From NCBI GenBank assembly GCA_965204535.1, contig CBDBEV010000001.1, positions 544,001 to 608,000 of the forward strand: a DNA stretch of 64,000 bases, written 5' to 3'. The position numbers and the translations under genes are program-made. This document shows positions 27,567 to 37,934 of the stretch, in pieces. Origin of the DNA: a bacterium (lineage in GTDB: Bacteria > UBA8248). The notes beneath the pieces are model-generated. The model searched no databases. It was given only the letters and a program-made list of their open reading frames with translations, and had not been told where the DNA came from. Numbering within the stretch: position 1 is the stretch's first letter; every line of letters starts with the position of its first letter.

Positions 27567-28306
27567 CGCAATTGACGAGAAGAGGGGACGCCATCCCTCG
27601 CGCGCCGATTCAGGCGCTGCTCCTGGCCGCGATCTTTCTCTGGGCGGCGCCGGCGTCCGCGATGCAGATACTGGACGCCGCAGACCATGCGGAGCTCGTA
27701 GCCGAGATATCCGACCGCGCGGTGAGCCGGATAACGCTCGCCGGCGACCGGGTGGCGCGCGTGGTCCGGGGGCCGGACGGTTTCATGGTGGAACACGACA
27801 AGGCGCGCGGGGACCTCTACCTGCGTCCCCTGGAGGGCGCGAGCGGGGGCCGCGCGCCGGTGACGCTGTTCATCGGGACGGCGAAGGGCTTCACCTACCG
27901 GCTGACGCTGAGGACCGCCGCGCGCGATTCGGCGCAGATCATGATCCGGAACGCCGCCGCTACGCCACCGGGAAAAAACCTGAGGTCGGACAAGGGCCGC
28001 GTGGGAGCGATCGTGGCGCTGGTCCGCGCGGTCGTGCGGCGTAAAGTTCTCCCCGGCTATGTGATTCACACGGCATCCGGAACGCCGCGCCCAGAGGGCC
28101 TCGCGCTCCTGGAAACCTGGCGCGGGCGGCGGTTTATCGCGCACGTCTACGAGATGGGTTCCATTCCCGGGGACGACAACCAAACCATCATGGAAGGCCT
28201 CGCGCCGGGCGTAGCCGCGATCTGGGCGGGGAAGCCTGCGAGCGGTCCCTCGGACGGACGGCTCGTCGTGACCGTGCGCGAGGCCGGGCGTGGAGGGAGG
28301 CCGTGA
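27563..28306 (+). CDS. traK: F-type T4SS protein TraK
   Basis: Signal peptide, SRI...GDR, GDLYLRP, G.TY.L; synteny. Confidence 0.8.
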   Translation: MTQLTRRGDAIPRAPIQALLLAAIFLWAAPASAMQILDAADHAELVAEISDRAVSRITLAGDRVARVVRGPDGFMVEHDKARGDLYLRPLEGASGGRAPVTLFIGTAKGFTYRLTLRTAARDSAQIMIRNAAATPPGKNLRSDKGRVGAIVALVRAVVRRKVLPGYVIHTASGTPRPEGLALLETWRGRRFIAHVYEMGSIPGDDNQTIMEGLAPGVAAIWAGKPASGPSDGRLVVTVREAGRGGRP

Positions 28307-29529
28307 TGAGCGGTGCGGAAAAAACGACAATCGACCCCGAAAGCCGGAAGATCAGGAGCCGCCAATTGCTCCTGTTCTCGAGCCTGGCGGCTGCCGTGCT
28401 CTTCGCCTTCGCGGCCTGGTTCTCGGCGGGAGGCGGCGGGGCGCCGCCGCCACGCGGCGGGGTCCGGGCGGAACTCGCGGGCGCCGGGTCCGCGGAAGCC
28501 GTCTGGGTCAGGCGATCGGAATCCCGGATCGGCCAGATGGAGGCGCGGCTTCGCGATTTGGAGACGAAGAACCGGCGCTCGGAGGAGGAGAACGCGCGGC
28601 TCAGGGCGCGCCTCGCCAAGGGCGCGGCGGACGGGCGGATGGTGATCGACCGCCAGGCGGCGGCGATCGACGCGTTGCGCCAAAAACTCGACGCCCGCCC
28701 CGTCGCGCCCGTCTCGGCGAAGAAACCAGGGCCAAGTGCCGGGGGCAACAGCGCGCCGTCCGGCGGGAGAGCCTCATCGGCGAACCCGCCCATGATCCGG
28801 GAGTTTCATACCGGCACGGGAGTCGAGGGTACGAACGCCCCTGACAGGGGACCACGCCCCCTCTCCTCCTGGCTGCCCGCGGGCGCCTACGCGGAGGCGG
28901 TGGTGCTGGCGGGCGTGGACGCCTCGGCGGGCGTGTCCTCCCAGGGCGACCCGCGGCCCGTATTGTTTCGCCTCACGGGCAGGGCGCGGAGCGCCGCGGC
29001 GGAAGGCATAGCGATGGAAGCCGACGTCGAGGGGTGCACGCTGACGGGCGCCGCCTACGGCGATCTGTCGTCCGAGAAAGTCTACGTGCGGCTCCAGACC
29101 ATGACCTGCGCCGGGCTGGAACCCGGGACCGTGATCGAGACGAAGGTCTCGGGCTTCGTGGCGGGCGGCGGCAAGGCCGGCGTGCGGGGTCCGGTGGTGA
29201 GCCGCGAGGGAGCGCTCGTGGAGAAGGCCTTCCTCGCGGGCCTGGTATCGGGCGCGGGCGAGACCGCCGCCAACGTGCTCCAGGCGCCTGCCGGGACGGC
29301 GGGGGCCGAGAACGCGGCGAGCCTGGGCGATCTGGGACGCGCGGGGCTGGGCGCGGGCGCCGGGTCGGCCGGCCGCCGGGTGGCGGACTACCTGATCCGC
29401 CGGGCCGAGCAGTACCAGCCCGTTATCCAGCTGCAGACGGGAACGCGGGTCACGGTCGTGTTCATCGAGGGGACCCGGATCGACGGGCAGGATGAGAAGA
29501 AGAGCAACAACCACGGGAGGAATAAATGA
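28303..29529 (+). CDS. traB: TraB/VirB10 family protein
   Basis: TM plus coiled coil, LPAG.....L.GVDA, GC...G.A.GDLSSEK, GK.G.RG.VVSR, YL..RAEQY.PVI. Confidence 0.92.
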   Translation: MMSGAEKTTIDPESRKIRSRQLLLFSSLAAAVLFAFAAWFSAGGGGAPPPRGGVRAELAGAGSAEAVWVRRSESRIGQMEARLRDLETKNRRSEEENARLRARLAKGAADGRMVIDRQAAAIDALRQKLDARPVAPVSAKKPGPSAGGNSAPSGGRASSANPPMIREFHTGTGVEGTNAPDRGPRPLSSWLPAGAYAEAVVLAGVDASAGVSSQGDPRPVLFRLTGRARSAAAEGIAMEADVEGCTLTGAAYGDLSSEKVYVRLQTMTCAGLEPGTVIETKVSGFVAGGGKAGVRGPVVSREGALVEKAFLAGLVSGAGETAANVLQAPAGTAGAENAASLGDLGRAGLGAGAGSAGRRVADYLIRRAEQYQPVIQLQTGTRVTVVFIEGTRIDGQDEKKSNNHGRNK

Positions 29530-30023
29530 GAACGAATATCCAACAAAGAACCGGAATACCCTTGCGAGCGTTCGCCATGTTCCTTGGAGTCCTGCTGCTC
29601 ACGGGCTGCGCGGGAGGGAGCCACGTGGGCGAGAGCTGGCAATGCCCCATCGCGCAGGGCGTCGCCTGCCAGAGCGTATCCGAAGCGGACCCCGCTGTCG
29701 CGAGCGCAGGAGAAGACCTGAAAACCACAGGCCCCTCCCCGGGCCGTTCCGTTGAAACCACCGGAAGTACGGCCCTGAGCGACCTCCTCTCCTGGCTCAT
29801 GAAACTCTTTTCAGGCGAAGAGGCCGAGGAGGTGGCCACGGCAGAGCCGCTGATCGTTCCACAGCCGGCGGAAGAGACTCCGGTAGAGACGAACGAAAAC
29901 CTCCGCACGGAGGAGCGGATCGCGCGGATATGGATAGCGCCCTACGTGGACCGAGGCGGCGTCTATCGCGAAGGCCAATGGGTGCGGACGGTGATAAGGC
30001 CCGCGGGCTGGAGGCTGCCGTGA
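29526..30023 (+). CDS. traV: TraV lipoprotein
   Basis: Lipobox LTGC, C.....G..C.S, R..ER..RIWIAPY.D motifs. Confidence 0.88.
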   Translation: MRTNIQQRTGIPLRAFAMFLGVLLLTGCAGGSHVGESWQCPIAQGVACQSVSEADPAVASAGEDLKTTGPSPGRSVETTGSTALSDLLSWLMKLFSGEEAEEVATAEPLIVPQPAEETPVETNENLRTEERIARIWIAPYVDRGGVYREGQWVRTVIRPAGWRLP

Positions 30024-32521
30024 TGAAGCGCCTGCAGGATCTGTTCGGGGGAAACGAAGCGCTGAAACCCTGGACGCTCCCGGCCACGCCCGCCCCGCTC
30101 GTGGACCTGCTCCCCTGGCGGGCCTGGGACGAGTCGGGCGGGTTCTACGTGAACGCAGGCAACTGCGGCTTCGTCCTGGAACTCCCGCCCTTCGCCGGCG
30201 TGGACGAGGGAACCTTGGACGCCCTGGCGGGAACCCTGGCCGATTCGGCGCCCGATCGCTCGGTGGTGCAGGTGATCCACTGGACGAGCCCGCGCTACGG
30301 CGCCGCTATCGCGGAATGGGCCGGCCCGAGGGAGGCGGCGGGCGGGCTGCAGGCGGTGATGGCGAAACGCCGCGCGGCGCTGTTCACCGGCGCGGGCTGG
30401 CGTCCGCTCCACGCGGGCGGGCCGCCGTTCACCCTGAACGACTGTCGGGTGTTCCTCGCGGCCTGTCTGCCGGGGCGGCCGGGACCGGCGGCGGAGACCG
30501 CGCTCGGCGGCTTCCGCCGGGCGATCGAGGGCGCGCTCGCCTCGATCGGGACCTGGGCGCGGCGGATGGAGCCGGACGAATTGCTCTCGCTCGCGGCGGA
30601 ACTCACGGCCCCCGACCCTGAAGGGCTCCACGACGGCGGGCTCGAACGCCCCGGGAGGCGCTGGTCGCCGCGCGATCCGATTCACCTGCAATGCGCGGCG
30701 CCCGGACGCGCGATGAGCGTGGCGCCGGCGGGCCTCGTCTTCCACCATCCGGACGGGGCGGACGTGGCCGTGCGCGTGCTCTCCGCGCGCGCATACCCGG
30801 AGGTCTGGCCCGGCTGGCGGGGCAATGCGCTGATAGGCGACTTCTATCGCGACTTCCTGCAGCCCGGCGCGCCGGTCCTGACCGCGCTCACCGTGATGAT
30901 GGGCGAGGCGGCGGACGGGGAGCGCGCGTTCCTGAAATCCGCGCGCGCGACGCAGCAGGCGGGGACGGGGATCGCGCGCTACCTGCCGGGGCTGCCCGAG
31001 AAGGCGCGGGACTGGCGCTTCGTGACCGAGCGGCTGAAAGAGGGCGAACGCCTGGTCCGGGCGGGCTACGCCGTCTGCGTCTACGCGCCCTTGGACGCGA
31101 TAGACGAGGCCGAACAGGCGGTGCGCGCCATCTACCACGGACAGGGCTGGCGGCTGGGGGCGGAGCGTTACGCCCATCTCCCCGCCTGGCTCGCCTGCCT
31201 GCCCATGGCCGCGGCGGGCGGACTCGACGCCGACCTCGCCCGGATGGGCCGGATGAAGACGCTGCTCACCTCATCGGCCGTCAACCTCGCGCCCGTGCAC
31301 GGGGAGTGGCGCGGACAGAGAACGACTCCGGACGCGCCGCCGGCGCTCCTGCTCCTGGGGAGGCGCGGGCAGCCCGCCCCCTGGTCTCCTTTCGCGAACG
31401 AGGCGGGAAACTACAACGTGGCCGTGACGGGAAAGTCCGGCTCCGGCAAATCCGTGCTGATGCAGGAACTGGTCGCGGGCATCGCGGGCGCGGGAGGCGA
31501 GGCCGTCGTGATCGATGACGGACGATCCTTCCAGCACACGGCGGAAGCGCTGGGCGGCGCATTCATCGCCTTCGGCAAGGACCCCGCGCGGCTCAATCCC
31601 TTCGCCATGATCGATGCGGAAACGGCCGCGAGGGACGGCGACTACAGGGAGGAGTGCTTCGCCATGCTGGCCTCGGTCATAGGGCGCATGTGCCGGAGGC
31701 GCGGGCGGATTGACGACATCGAGGCGGCGCTTATTGATGAGGCCATCGCGCGCGCCTGGGAGGAAGCGGGCAACGACGCGGACCTGGAACTGGTGCAGAA
31801 AGGACTCGAGGCCGTAGGCGACAGGCGCGCATCCGACCTGGGCGTAGCGCTGGGACCCTGGTGTCCGGGCGGCGCGATGGGGCGGCTGTTCGAGGGGGGC
31901 GGGACGCCCGCGCTCGACGCCGCGCTCACCGTGTTCGAACTCGCGGAGCTCAAGGGCCGCGGCGACCTCCAGGGCGTCGTGCTCATGCTGGTCGTCTTCC
32001 TGGCCACCCAGCGCATGTATCACGGCCCGAGGACGCGGCCCAAGGCTATTGTGATCGACGAGGCATGGGACCTGCTCTCGGGCGAGGACAGCAAGGCGTT
32101 CCTGGAGGGCGCCGCAAGGCGCGCGAGAAAATACCGGGGCGCGCTCGTAACCGGCACGCAGAGCGTGAACGACTACTACGCCAACCCGGCGGCCCGGGCG
32201 GCCTGGGACAACTCCGACTGGGTGATATTCCTGGCGCAAAAGGACGAGTCCGTCGAACTCCTGAAACAGGAGAAGCGCATCCACTGCGACCCCGGGATGG
32301 AGCGCGCGTTAAAAAGCCTCGCCACCGTGGACGGGCGCCACGCCGAAATCGTGCTGCACGGCCCCGACGGCTGGCGGGTGGCGCGCTTGGCGCTCGACCG
32401 CTGGTCGCAGGCGCTCTACTCCTCGCGCGGTCCCGCCTTCGCCGCCATCGAGAAGCTGAAGGAAGAGGGTCTCACCACGGAAGAGGCCGTCGCGCGGGTC
32501 GCCGAAGAGGGCGCGCCGTGA
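30023..32521 (+). CDS. traC: TraC (VirB4) ATPase
   Basis: NYNVAVTGKSGSGKS Walker A, IDEAWDLL, RRARKY.G, GTQS; start ATG 30023 or GTG 30020. Confidence 0.95.
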   Translation: MKRLQDLFGGNEALKPWTLPATPAPLVDLLPWRAWDESGGFYVNAGNCGFVLELPPFAGVDEGTLDALAGTLADSAPDRSVVQVIHWTSPRYGAAIAEWAGPREAAGGLQAVMAKRRAALFTGAGWRPLHAGGPPFTLNDCRVFLAACLPGRPGPAAETALGGFRRAIEGALASIGTWARRMEPDELLSLAAELTAPDPEGLHDGGLERPGRRWSPRDPIHLQCAAPGRAMSVAPAGLVFHHPDGADVAVRVLSARAYPEVWPGWRGNALIGDFYRDFLQPGAPVLTALTVMMGEAADGERAFLKSARATQQAGTGIARYLPGLPEKARDWRFVTERLKEGERLVRAGYAVCVYAPLDAIDEAEQAVRAIYHGQGWRLGAERYAHLPAWLACLPMAAAGGLDADLARMGRMKTLLTSSAVNLAPVHGEWRGQRTTPDAPPALLLLGRRGQPAPWSPFANEAGNYNVAVTGKSGSGKSVLMQELVAGIAGAGGEAVVIDDGRSFQHTAEALGGAFIAFGKDPARLNPFAMIDAETAARDGDYREECFAMLASVIGRMCRRRGRIDDIEAALIDEAIARAWEEAGNDADLELVQKGLEAVGDRRASDLGVALGPWCPGGAMGRLFEGGGTPALDAALTVFELAELKGRGDLQGVVLMLVVFLATQRMYHGPRTRPKAIVIDEAWDLLSGEDSKAFLEGAARRARKYRGALVTGTQSVNDYYANPAARAAWDNSDWVIFLAQKDESVELLKQEKRIHCDPGMERALKSLATVDGRHAEIVLHGPDGWRVARLALDRWSQALYSSRGPAFAAIEKLKEEGLTTEEAVARVAEEGAP

Positions 32522-32574
32522 CGTTTCATCGTCCCTGACACCTGAATACGAACGACAACGCGAAAGGAAACCAC

Positions 32575-33297
32575 ATGAACGCGAGAAGAAGAGCGCCCGC
32601 AAACGGCGCGGGCGGGACGGAGGAGAGGGTTCTCGACTGGCCGGGGGACCCCGAATCGCTGACGGCCGAAGCCGTCGACTTCGAGGCGCTGGCGCACGTC
32701 CTGGCCAATACCTGCCGCCGGGACGGGCGGCTTGCGCGCTTCCACTCCCTGGCCGCCCATGCGGTAACGATGAGCGAGGCGATAGAGGACCTGGGCGGCG
32801 ACGTCCGCGAGGCGGCGCTCCACGCGCTGCTCTTAGAAGCCAGCGTCGCGTGGCTCGGTCCAGAAGCCGCCCCCGCGCGGCGCAAGACGGACAAACTGAA
32901 ACGCCTGGGCGCCCGCGTCGACCGCGTCCTGCGCGAGGCGGCGGGTATCGAGACGGAACCGGCACCTGAGCAGGCCGAGCTTCTGCGCTTCATCGCCCGG
33001 ATGGCCGATGCGGCGGAGGCGCGCGACGTCCCGGGCGCCGGCGGGAACGCGGCGGCCGTCCTCTTCCCGCCGCTCGATCGGAAGATCAGGCTCCTCGATC
33101 CCGCGCGCGCGGCGAAGCTCTGGATCGAGCGCTTGAACGATCTCAAGAGACCGCCCGTTTCGGGCGGGAGCGTATCCGCTCCACACCCCGAGGCATCCGG
33201 CGAAGATAGAGAGGAGAATCCCCATGACATTGACGCACGAAGGGCGGAAGAGCGCGCCGGGACGCAGGCGGAAAGAGGCTCACGCGATGCGGCCTAG
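32575..33297 (+). CDS. Degenerate YfdR/HD-like protein within the tra operon
   Basis: LAHVLANTCR..G...FHSLA.HA resembles HD 5'-deoxynucleotidase-like proteins, but ALLLEA replaces the expected ALLHDA. Confidence 0.55.
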   Translation: MNARRRAPANGAGGTEERVLDWPGDPESLTAEAVDFEALAHVLANTCRRDGRLARFHSLAAHAVTMSEAIEDLGGDVREAALHALLLEASVAWLGPEAAPARRKTDKLKRLGARVDRVLREAAGIETEPAPEQAELLRFIARMADAAEARDVPGAGGNAAAVLFPPLDRKIRLLDPARAAKLWIERLNDLKRPPVSGGSVSAPHPEASGEDREENPHDIDARRAEERAGTQAERGSRDAA

Positions 33298-33538
33298 GCG
33301 CAGGCGGCGGTCTGCTCAAAGGGAGCGCTGCACCCGGGTGTACGAGGACACGGAGGGCGTGTTCCGCGCCGCGGTCGCAGCCGGCGTGCTCTCCGCCGAT
33401 CCCGGGGACCGGCTCTACGCGGGCCGCTACCGCTACATGTTCCACGACGAGGAGGGAACGGCCTGGTTCAGGCGATACGACCGGAAGGACTGGGTCTCGA
33501 TGCGCGCGGAGCGGCGCGCGGCGGGGGAGGGGTCATGA
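33224..33538 (+). CDS. Hypothetical protein (start may be 33287)
   Basis: Fills the operon gap; ATGA overlap with trbI. Confidence 0.55.
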   Translation: MTLTHEGRKSAPGRRRKEAHAMRPRRRRRSAQRERCTRVYEDTEGVFRAAVAAGVLSADPGDRLYAGRYRYMFHDEEGTAWFRRYDRKDWVSMRAERRAAGEGS

Positions 33539-33921
33539 GAGGTCTCCCGGCGTTCGCGGCCGCTCTTCTGCTCGCGGCAGGCGTCTCCGCCGCCGTCTCG
33601 GCCGTGACGGTGCGCCTGGCGCTTGAGCGTGTCCCCCGTATCGCGAGCGTGCGCCTGTCGAGCCTCACGGCGGACTACGTGACGAGGTCGCTGCGCGAGG
33701 GCGGAGATTCGAAGAAGGCCCTGGACGAGGCGCGCGAGTGGGCTAGACGGCTGGAGGAGGCGCTCAGAAAAGTCTCGACAAGCCGGCGCGCGGTGCTGTT
33801 CACGTCGGGCGCCGTCGCCGCCGGCGCAGAGGATCTGACGCGCGAGGTCGAGGCGGCGATGGCGGCGCTCGCGTCCCGGAAGCATCCCCCGAAAAAAAAT
33901 AAGGAGGAAAACACCAAATGA
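33535..33921 (+). CDS. trbI: TrbI-like F-type pilus protein
   Basis: N-terminal TM, AV..GA.DLT motif, position before peptidase/traW. Confidence 0.7.
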   Translation: MRGLPAFAAALLLAAGVSAAVSAVTVRLALERVPRIASVRLSSLTADYVTRSLREGGDSKKALDEAREWARRLEEALRKVSTSRRAVLFTSGAVAAGAEDLTREVEAAMAALASRKHPPKKNKEENTK

Positions 33922-34472
33922 TGATGACAGACGACAAAAGGCCGGGCCGTACCAACCCACGTGGCTTCAGGCTGCTGGTGTGCATGGCCGTGCTTTCGGG
34001 CCTGTGGCTCGCGGCGGCATCGCGCGTCCACGTGAACGCGAGTTGGTCGGACGGCGCATGGGGGTATTTCTCGCTGCCGGTGATGGGCGCGCCCGGCCGC
34101 GGCGACCTCATCCTCTTCGACCCGCCCGAGGCGGCCGGATCGTCCATTCCCTACATGAAGCGCGTTATCGGCCTGCCGGGAGACAGCGTGGCGGTGGACG
34201 CGGAGCGCCGCGTCTTCGTGAGGGGAGAATTCGCCGGCATCGCCAAGAGGCATGCGCTCGACGGACGCGCGCTCGAAGCGATCAGGCCCGGCGTCATCCC
34301 GCCCGGCCGCTACTACGTCCACGCCGATCACGCGGACAGCCACGACAGCCGCTACGCGGAGATCGGCCTGGTGCCGCGCGGGCGCATCCGGGGCCGCGCC
34401 GTGGCGCTTCCCGCCATCCCCTGGCTGAGCCTCGAAGGCCCCCTCGCGAAACCGAAGGGGGCGCGGCCATGA
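33918..34472 (+). CDS. Conjugative S26 signal peptidase (TrhF/TraF-like pilin maturase)
   Basis: NASWS, MKRVIGLPGD, S.DSRY motifs. Confidence 0.9.
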   Translation: MMMTDDKRPGRTNPRGFRLLVCMAVLSGLWLAAASRVHVNASWSDGAWGYFSLPVMGAPGRGDLILFDPPEAAGSSIPYMKRVIGLPGDSVAVDAERRVFVRGEFAGIAKRHALDGRALEAIRPGVIPPGRYYVHADHADSHDSRYAEIGLVPRGRIRGRAVALPAIPWLSLEGPLAKPKGARP

Positions 34473-35140
34473 GGCGGCGTCTTCTTTTCTGTCTGTTCAC
34501 CGCGGCCACCATCTGCTGCGCGCTATTGCTCGCCGCGCCGCCGGGGGCGCCGAAGGACCTGGGCGTCCGCGGAGCGGTATGGCCCATCGAGGAGCCCGAC
34601 CTTTTGCGCGAGATCGAAGCCAGGCTCCGGGAAATGGAGAACACGGGCGAAGCGGACCGCATGAGGCGTGAAGCCGTGGAACGCGCCCGGGAGCGGGTCG
34701 AGGCGCCCGCCCGCGTCGCGGGCGTCAAGCCTGCGCGCTTTTTCAGGATCAGGCGGTTCGACCCCACCGTCACGGTCGAACAGGACATCCTTGCGCCGGA
34801 CGGAGCGCTGCTTGCGTCCCGGGGGAGCCGGATCAATCCGCTCGAAAGACGTCCCCTCACGCGAGAGCTGCTCTTCATCGACGCGACGCGTCCGGTCGAG
34901 GTCGACTGGGCGCTTGCCCGTGAAAAACCCTCCGTGATCGTACTGCTCGCGGGCCGTCCGCTGGACCTCGCGCGGGCCCACGGGCGGGCGTTTTTCTTCG
35001 ACCAGGGCGGCAGGCTCGCGAGGCGTTTGGGCATCGTCGCCACGCCATCTCTGGTGTCGGCTGCGGGAGTTTCTCTGCGCATCACGGAAATCCCTCTGGA
35101 AGGCGAAGAGAGTCTAGAAAGTAAAGGGGATCGGCCATGA
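34469..35140 (+). CDS. traW: TraW
   Basis: DLGV.G.VWPI.EPDLL, FDPT, INPL, FFDQ.G motifs. Confidence 0.92.
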   Translation: MRRRLLFCLFTAATICCALLLAAPPGAPKDLGVRGAVWPIEEPDLLREIEARLREMENTGEADRMRREAVERARERVEAPARVAGVKPARFFRIRRFDPTVTVEQDILAPDGALLASRGSRINPLERRPLTRELLFIDATRPVEVDWALAREKPSVIVLLAGRPLDLARAHGRAFFFDQGGRLARRLGIVATPSLVSAAGVSLRITEIPLEGEESLESKGDRP

Positions 35141-36138
35141 GGCGCCGGATTTTTCTCATTCCAGTCATTTTCCTCTCCTTCGTTTTCTGGGCCGGGAAGG
35201 CGTCGGCGCAATCGTGCACGGGCCGTTTCGTGAACCCCGTGACTGACGTGTGCTGGGAGTGCCTGTTTCCGATATCGATAGGGCCGATACGTATCGGGAG
35301 CGCAACGGGCGCGCCCGACACGCCCAACCCGGGGTCCCCGATCTGTTACTGCGGGAGCCCCATCCCCCGGATCGGCCTCTCGCTCGGGGTGTGGGAACCG
35401 GCGCGCCTGATCGACGCGAGCCGCGCGCCCTGGTGTTTCCCGAATCTCGGTGGGTTGACCATCGACGGGGGTTTGCCGGCGGGACGCGGCCGGACGGGCG
35501 CCTCGGGCGGGGACGGCGCGCAAGGCTCCACCTGGCACGTCCACTACTACGTCTATCCGCTGCTCTCGTGGATCGGGGCGCTGCTCGATCTCGGCTGCCT
35601 GGAAGGCGGCGGACTCGACATCGCCTGGGTCTCCGAACTCGATCCGACCTGGCGGGACGATGAGCTCTCGTTCCTGCTGAGTCCCGAAGCCGCGCTCTTC
35701 GCCGACCTGCCCGCCCAGGCGGCCTGCGCCGCGGACTGTGCGGCGGCCTCAGCGGGCCTGCCGCTCGACGCGCTCTACTGGTGCGCGGGCTGTCAGGGCG
35801 CGATGTACCCCCTGACCGGCAACGTGGGCGCCCACGTGGGCGGCGTGCAGGCATCGCTGCTCGCAGCACAAAGGCTCGTCTTCCGCCTGCACCGCACCCT
35901 GCTCGCCTGGGGCACGTCGGGATCGGCCGCGCTGTGCGGCCGCTACCCCATGCCCATCATGAAGAAATCACAGTACCGCTGGCAGATGACGCAGCCGGTG
36001 CCCGCCACCTCGGCGCTGACCGGCTGCAACCCGACGGGCCGCTCCACGGTTCTCTGGGAGACGCTCCGCGAGCTCCCGGTCGCGGGGGAGAATTTCGGGT
36101 ACCTGCTCTGGCGCAAGCGCAACTGCTGTCTTCTCTGA
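35137..36138 (+). CDS. traU: TraU
   Basis: NPVTDVCWECLFP, WEPARL, SELDPTW, WRKRNCC. Confidence 0.95.
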   Translation: MRRRIFLIPVIFLSFVFWAGKASAQSCTGRFVNPVTDVCWECLFPISIGPIRIGSATGAPDTPNPGSPICYCGSPIPRIGLSLGVWEPARLIDASRAPWCFPNLGGLTIDGGLPAGRGRTGASGGDGAQGSTWHVHYYVYPLLSWIGALLDLGCLEGGGLDIAWVSELDPTWRDDELSFLLSPEAALFADLPAQAACAADCAAASAGLPLDALYWCAGCQGAMYPLTGNVGAHVGGVQASLLAAQRLVFRLHRTLLAWGTSGSAALCGRYPMPIMKKSQYRWQMTQPVPATSALTGCNPTGRSTVLWETLRELPVAGENFGYLLWRKRNCCLL

Positions 36139-36153
36139 TCCGGGGAAAGCGAA

Positions 36154-36852
36154 TTGAACCACGTATTGATTCTCAAAGTTCTTGTCCTGACCTTCCTGCT
36201 CTGGCCCGGAACAGCTCTCGCGCAGGAAACGGCCGAAGAGACCGCCCGGGATATGGTGGAAAGGGCATTACGGAACAAGAAAAAAACTCCACCCGCCGAC
36301 TTGGGCGCCTGGTCGCGTTCCGTGCTGGAGCGCGCCCTCGAACGCGCCGCCAAAAACGCCCCTGAGACCCCCGCCCCCCTGCCGGCGGAAAGCCGCGCCG
36401 GGAGCCTCGCGGAGAATCTGTCAAAGCCTGCGCGAGGCCCGGAAATCATCGTTTTCATGAGCCTCTCCGTCCCTGCCGAGGCCTGGCGGCAGTGGAGTTT
36501 CGAGGCGGCCAGGATCGGCGCGCCGCTGGTGCTGCGCGGCGTCGCGCAGGGAGGACTCAGGGCTACCGTGAAGCAAATAGGTGGACAACTTGCAGAAGGT
36601 GGAGGCGCCGCGATCGACCCGCGCCTCTTCCGGCTGTTCGAGGTGAAGGCGGTCCCCGCCGTCGCCGTCGTCCCGGGCGGCGTCCCGCCTTGTACGAGCC
36701 GGGGCTGCGCCGAAGACCCGGCCCCGCCCCATGACGTTATCGGGGGGAACATCGGCCTCGACGCTGCGCTCGCTGCGATCGCCAAAGAAGGCGGGCCGGG
36801 ACGCGAGACGGCGCGTCGTCATCTCGGGAAACTCAGGGGAGATTACCGGTGA
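36154..36852 (+). CDS. trbC: TrbC (F-type)
   Basis: FMSLSVP, LVLRG, IDPRLF..F....VP, D.IGGN. Confidence 0.9.
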   Translation: MNHVLILKVLVLTFLLWPGTALAQETAEETARDMVERALRNKKKTPPADLGAWSRSVLERALERAAKNAPETPAPLPAESRAGSLAENLSKPARGPEIIVFMSLSVPAEAWRQWSFEAARIGAPLVLRGVAQGGLRATVKQIGGQLAEGGGAAIDPRLFRLFEVKAVPAVAVVPGGVPPCTSRGCAEDPAPPHDVIGGNIGLDAALAAIAKEGGPGRETARRHLGKLRGDYR

Positions 36853-37925
36853 GGCGCAACGACAAAATAAAGGTCGTCATCCTGATCCTGCTCATCCTGG
36901 CGCACCTGTCAGCGGGCGACTCGCGCGCCGAAGACCCCAAGGCAGCCGCCCGCGCGATGGGGGATGCGGGACGGGCGACTGCCGCCGCGTTCGCGCGGGA
37001 CCCTGCCTCGACGTCAAAAGTGCCCGGCTATGCGGGAACGAACCGGCCCGAACGGAACCTGAATGCGGCCGATCTGGAAGACGCCGCTGCCCGTGCGCTC
37101 GCCGATCCCGATGACCAGGGCGGCCGGGCCGGGCGCGCCGTGATCGAGGGGACGACCGCGCGCCCTGAAGCGTCGGTCGGGACGGGCGATCCGATATCTG
37201 TGCGCGGCGATGAGATACAGGGCGAGCCGGGCGCTTCGCGCTTCGGCGCCGCGGGCCTGGCGTCGGGGTCCGTGACGGACTGCGGGAAGGGACTCGCGCA
37301 GGCCGAATCGGGCGGCGCCTGCGGCTCCGTCGCCTGGTGCGTGGGAGCGGACTGCGAGACCAGGACCTCTCAGGCGGGCACCGGGTTCGTGGGCGCGGCG
37401 GCGAAACTCAACATGGTGCTCGAACTGGGCGGCGAGGAATTCGACCGGGGGAACCTGCTCTTCTTCCGGGGCGAGCGCAGATCGTGCCGGATCCGCTGGG
37501 GCGGACTGGCGAACTGCTGCAAGGATTCAGGGCTCCTCATCGGCCTCGGCGACTGCACCGAGGCGGAGCGCCTCCTGGCGCAGGAGCGCCACGCCGGGAA
37601 CACGCATTACCTGGGCACGCGGTGCGCGAAGCGCATCTTGGGGGTCTGTGTGCGCAGGGAGCGGGTCTGGTGCGTCTTCGGCTCCAAGCTCGGCCGCATC
37701 CTCCAGGAGGCGGCGCGGTCGCAGCTCGGAATCGGCTGGGGCAGCTGCCGCGGCTTCACCGTCTCGGAGATGGAGCGGATCGACTTCGAGGCCGTGGACC
37801 TGTCGGAGTTCACGGAAAACCTCATGGACGGCGCGAGCGAGCCTTCCGTCACGCTCCCCGACTCGGGAGATACCGGCTCCTTGATGAGAGGGCGCATACG
37901 CGATTTCTATGACAGGAACAAGTGA
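36849..37925 (+). CDS. traN: TraN (short form)
   Basis: F.G....C, NCC, YLG..C, C.F.SKL.RILQE, CRGFT, IDF..VDLSEF. Confidence 0.9.
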   Translation: MRRNDKIKVVILILLILAHLSAGDSRAEDPKAAARAMGDAGRATAAAFARDPASTSKVPGYAGTNRPERNLNAADLEDAAARALADPDDQGGRAGRAVIEGTTARPEASVGTGDPISVRGDEIQGEPGASRFGAAGLASGSVTDCGKGLAQAESGGACGSVAWCVGADCETRTSQAGTGFVGAAAKLNMVLELGGEEFDRGNLLFFRGERRSCRIRWGGLANCCKDSGLLIGLGDCTEAERLLAQERHAGNTHYLGTRCAKRILGVCVRRERVWCVFGSKLGRILQEAARSQLGIGWGSCRGFTVSEMERIDFEAVDLSEFTENLMDGASEPSVTLPDSGDTGSLMRGRIRDFYDRNK

Positions 37926-37934
37926 GGAACGAGC

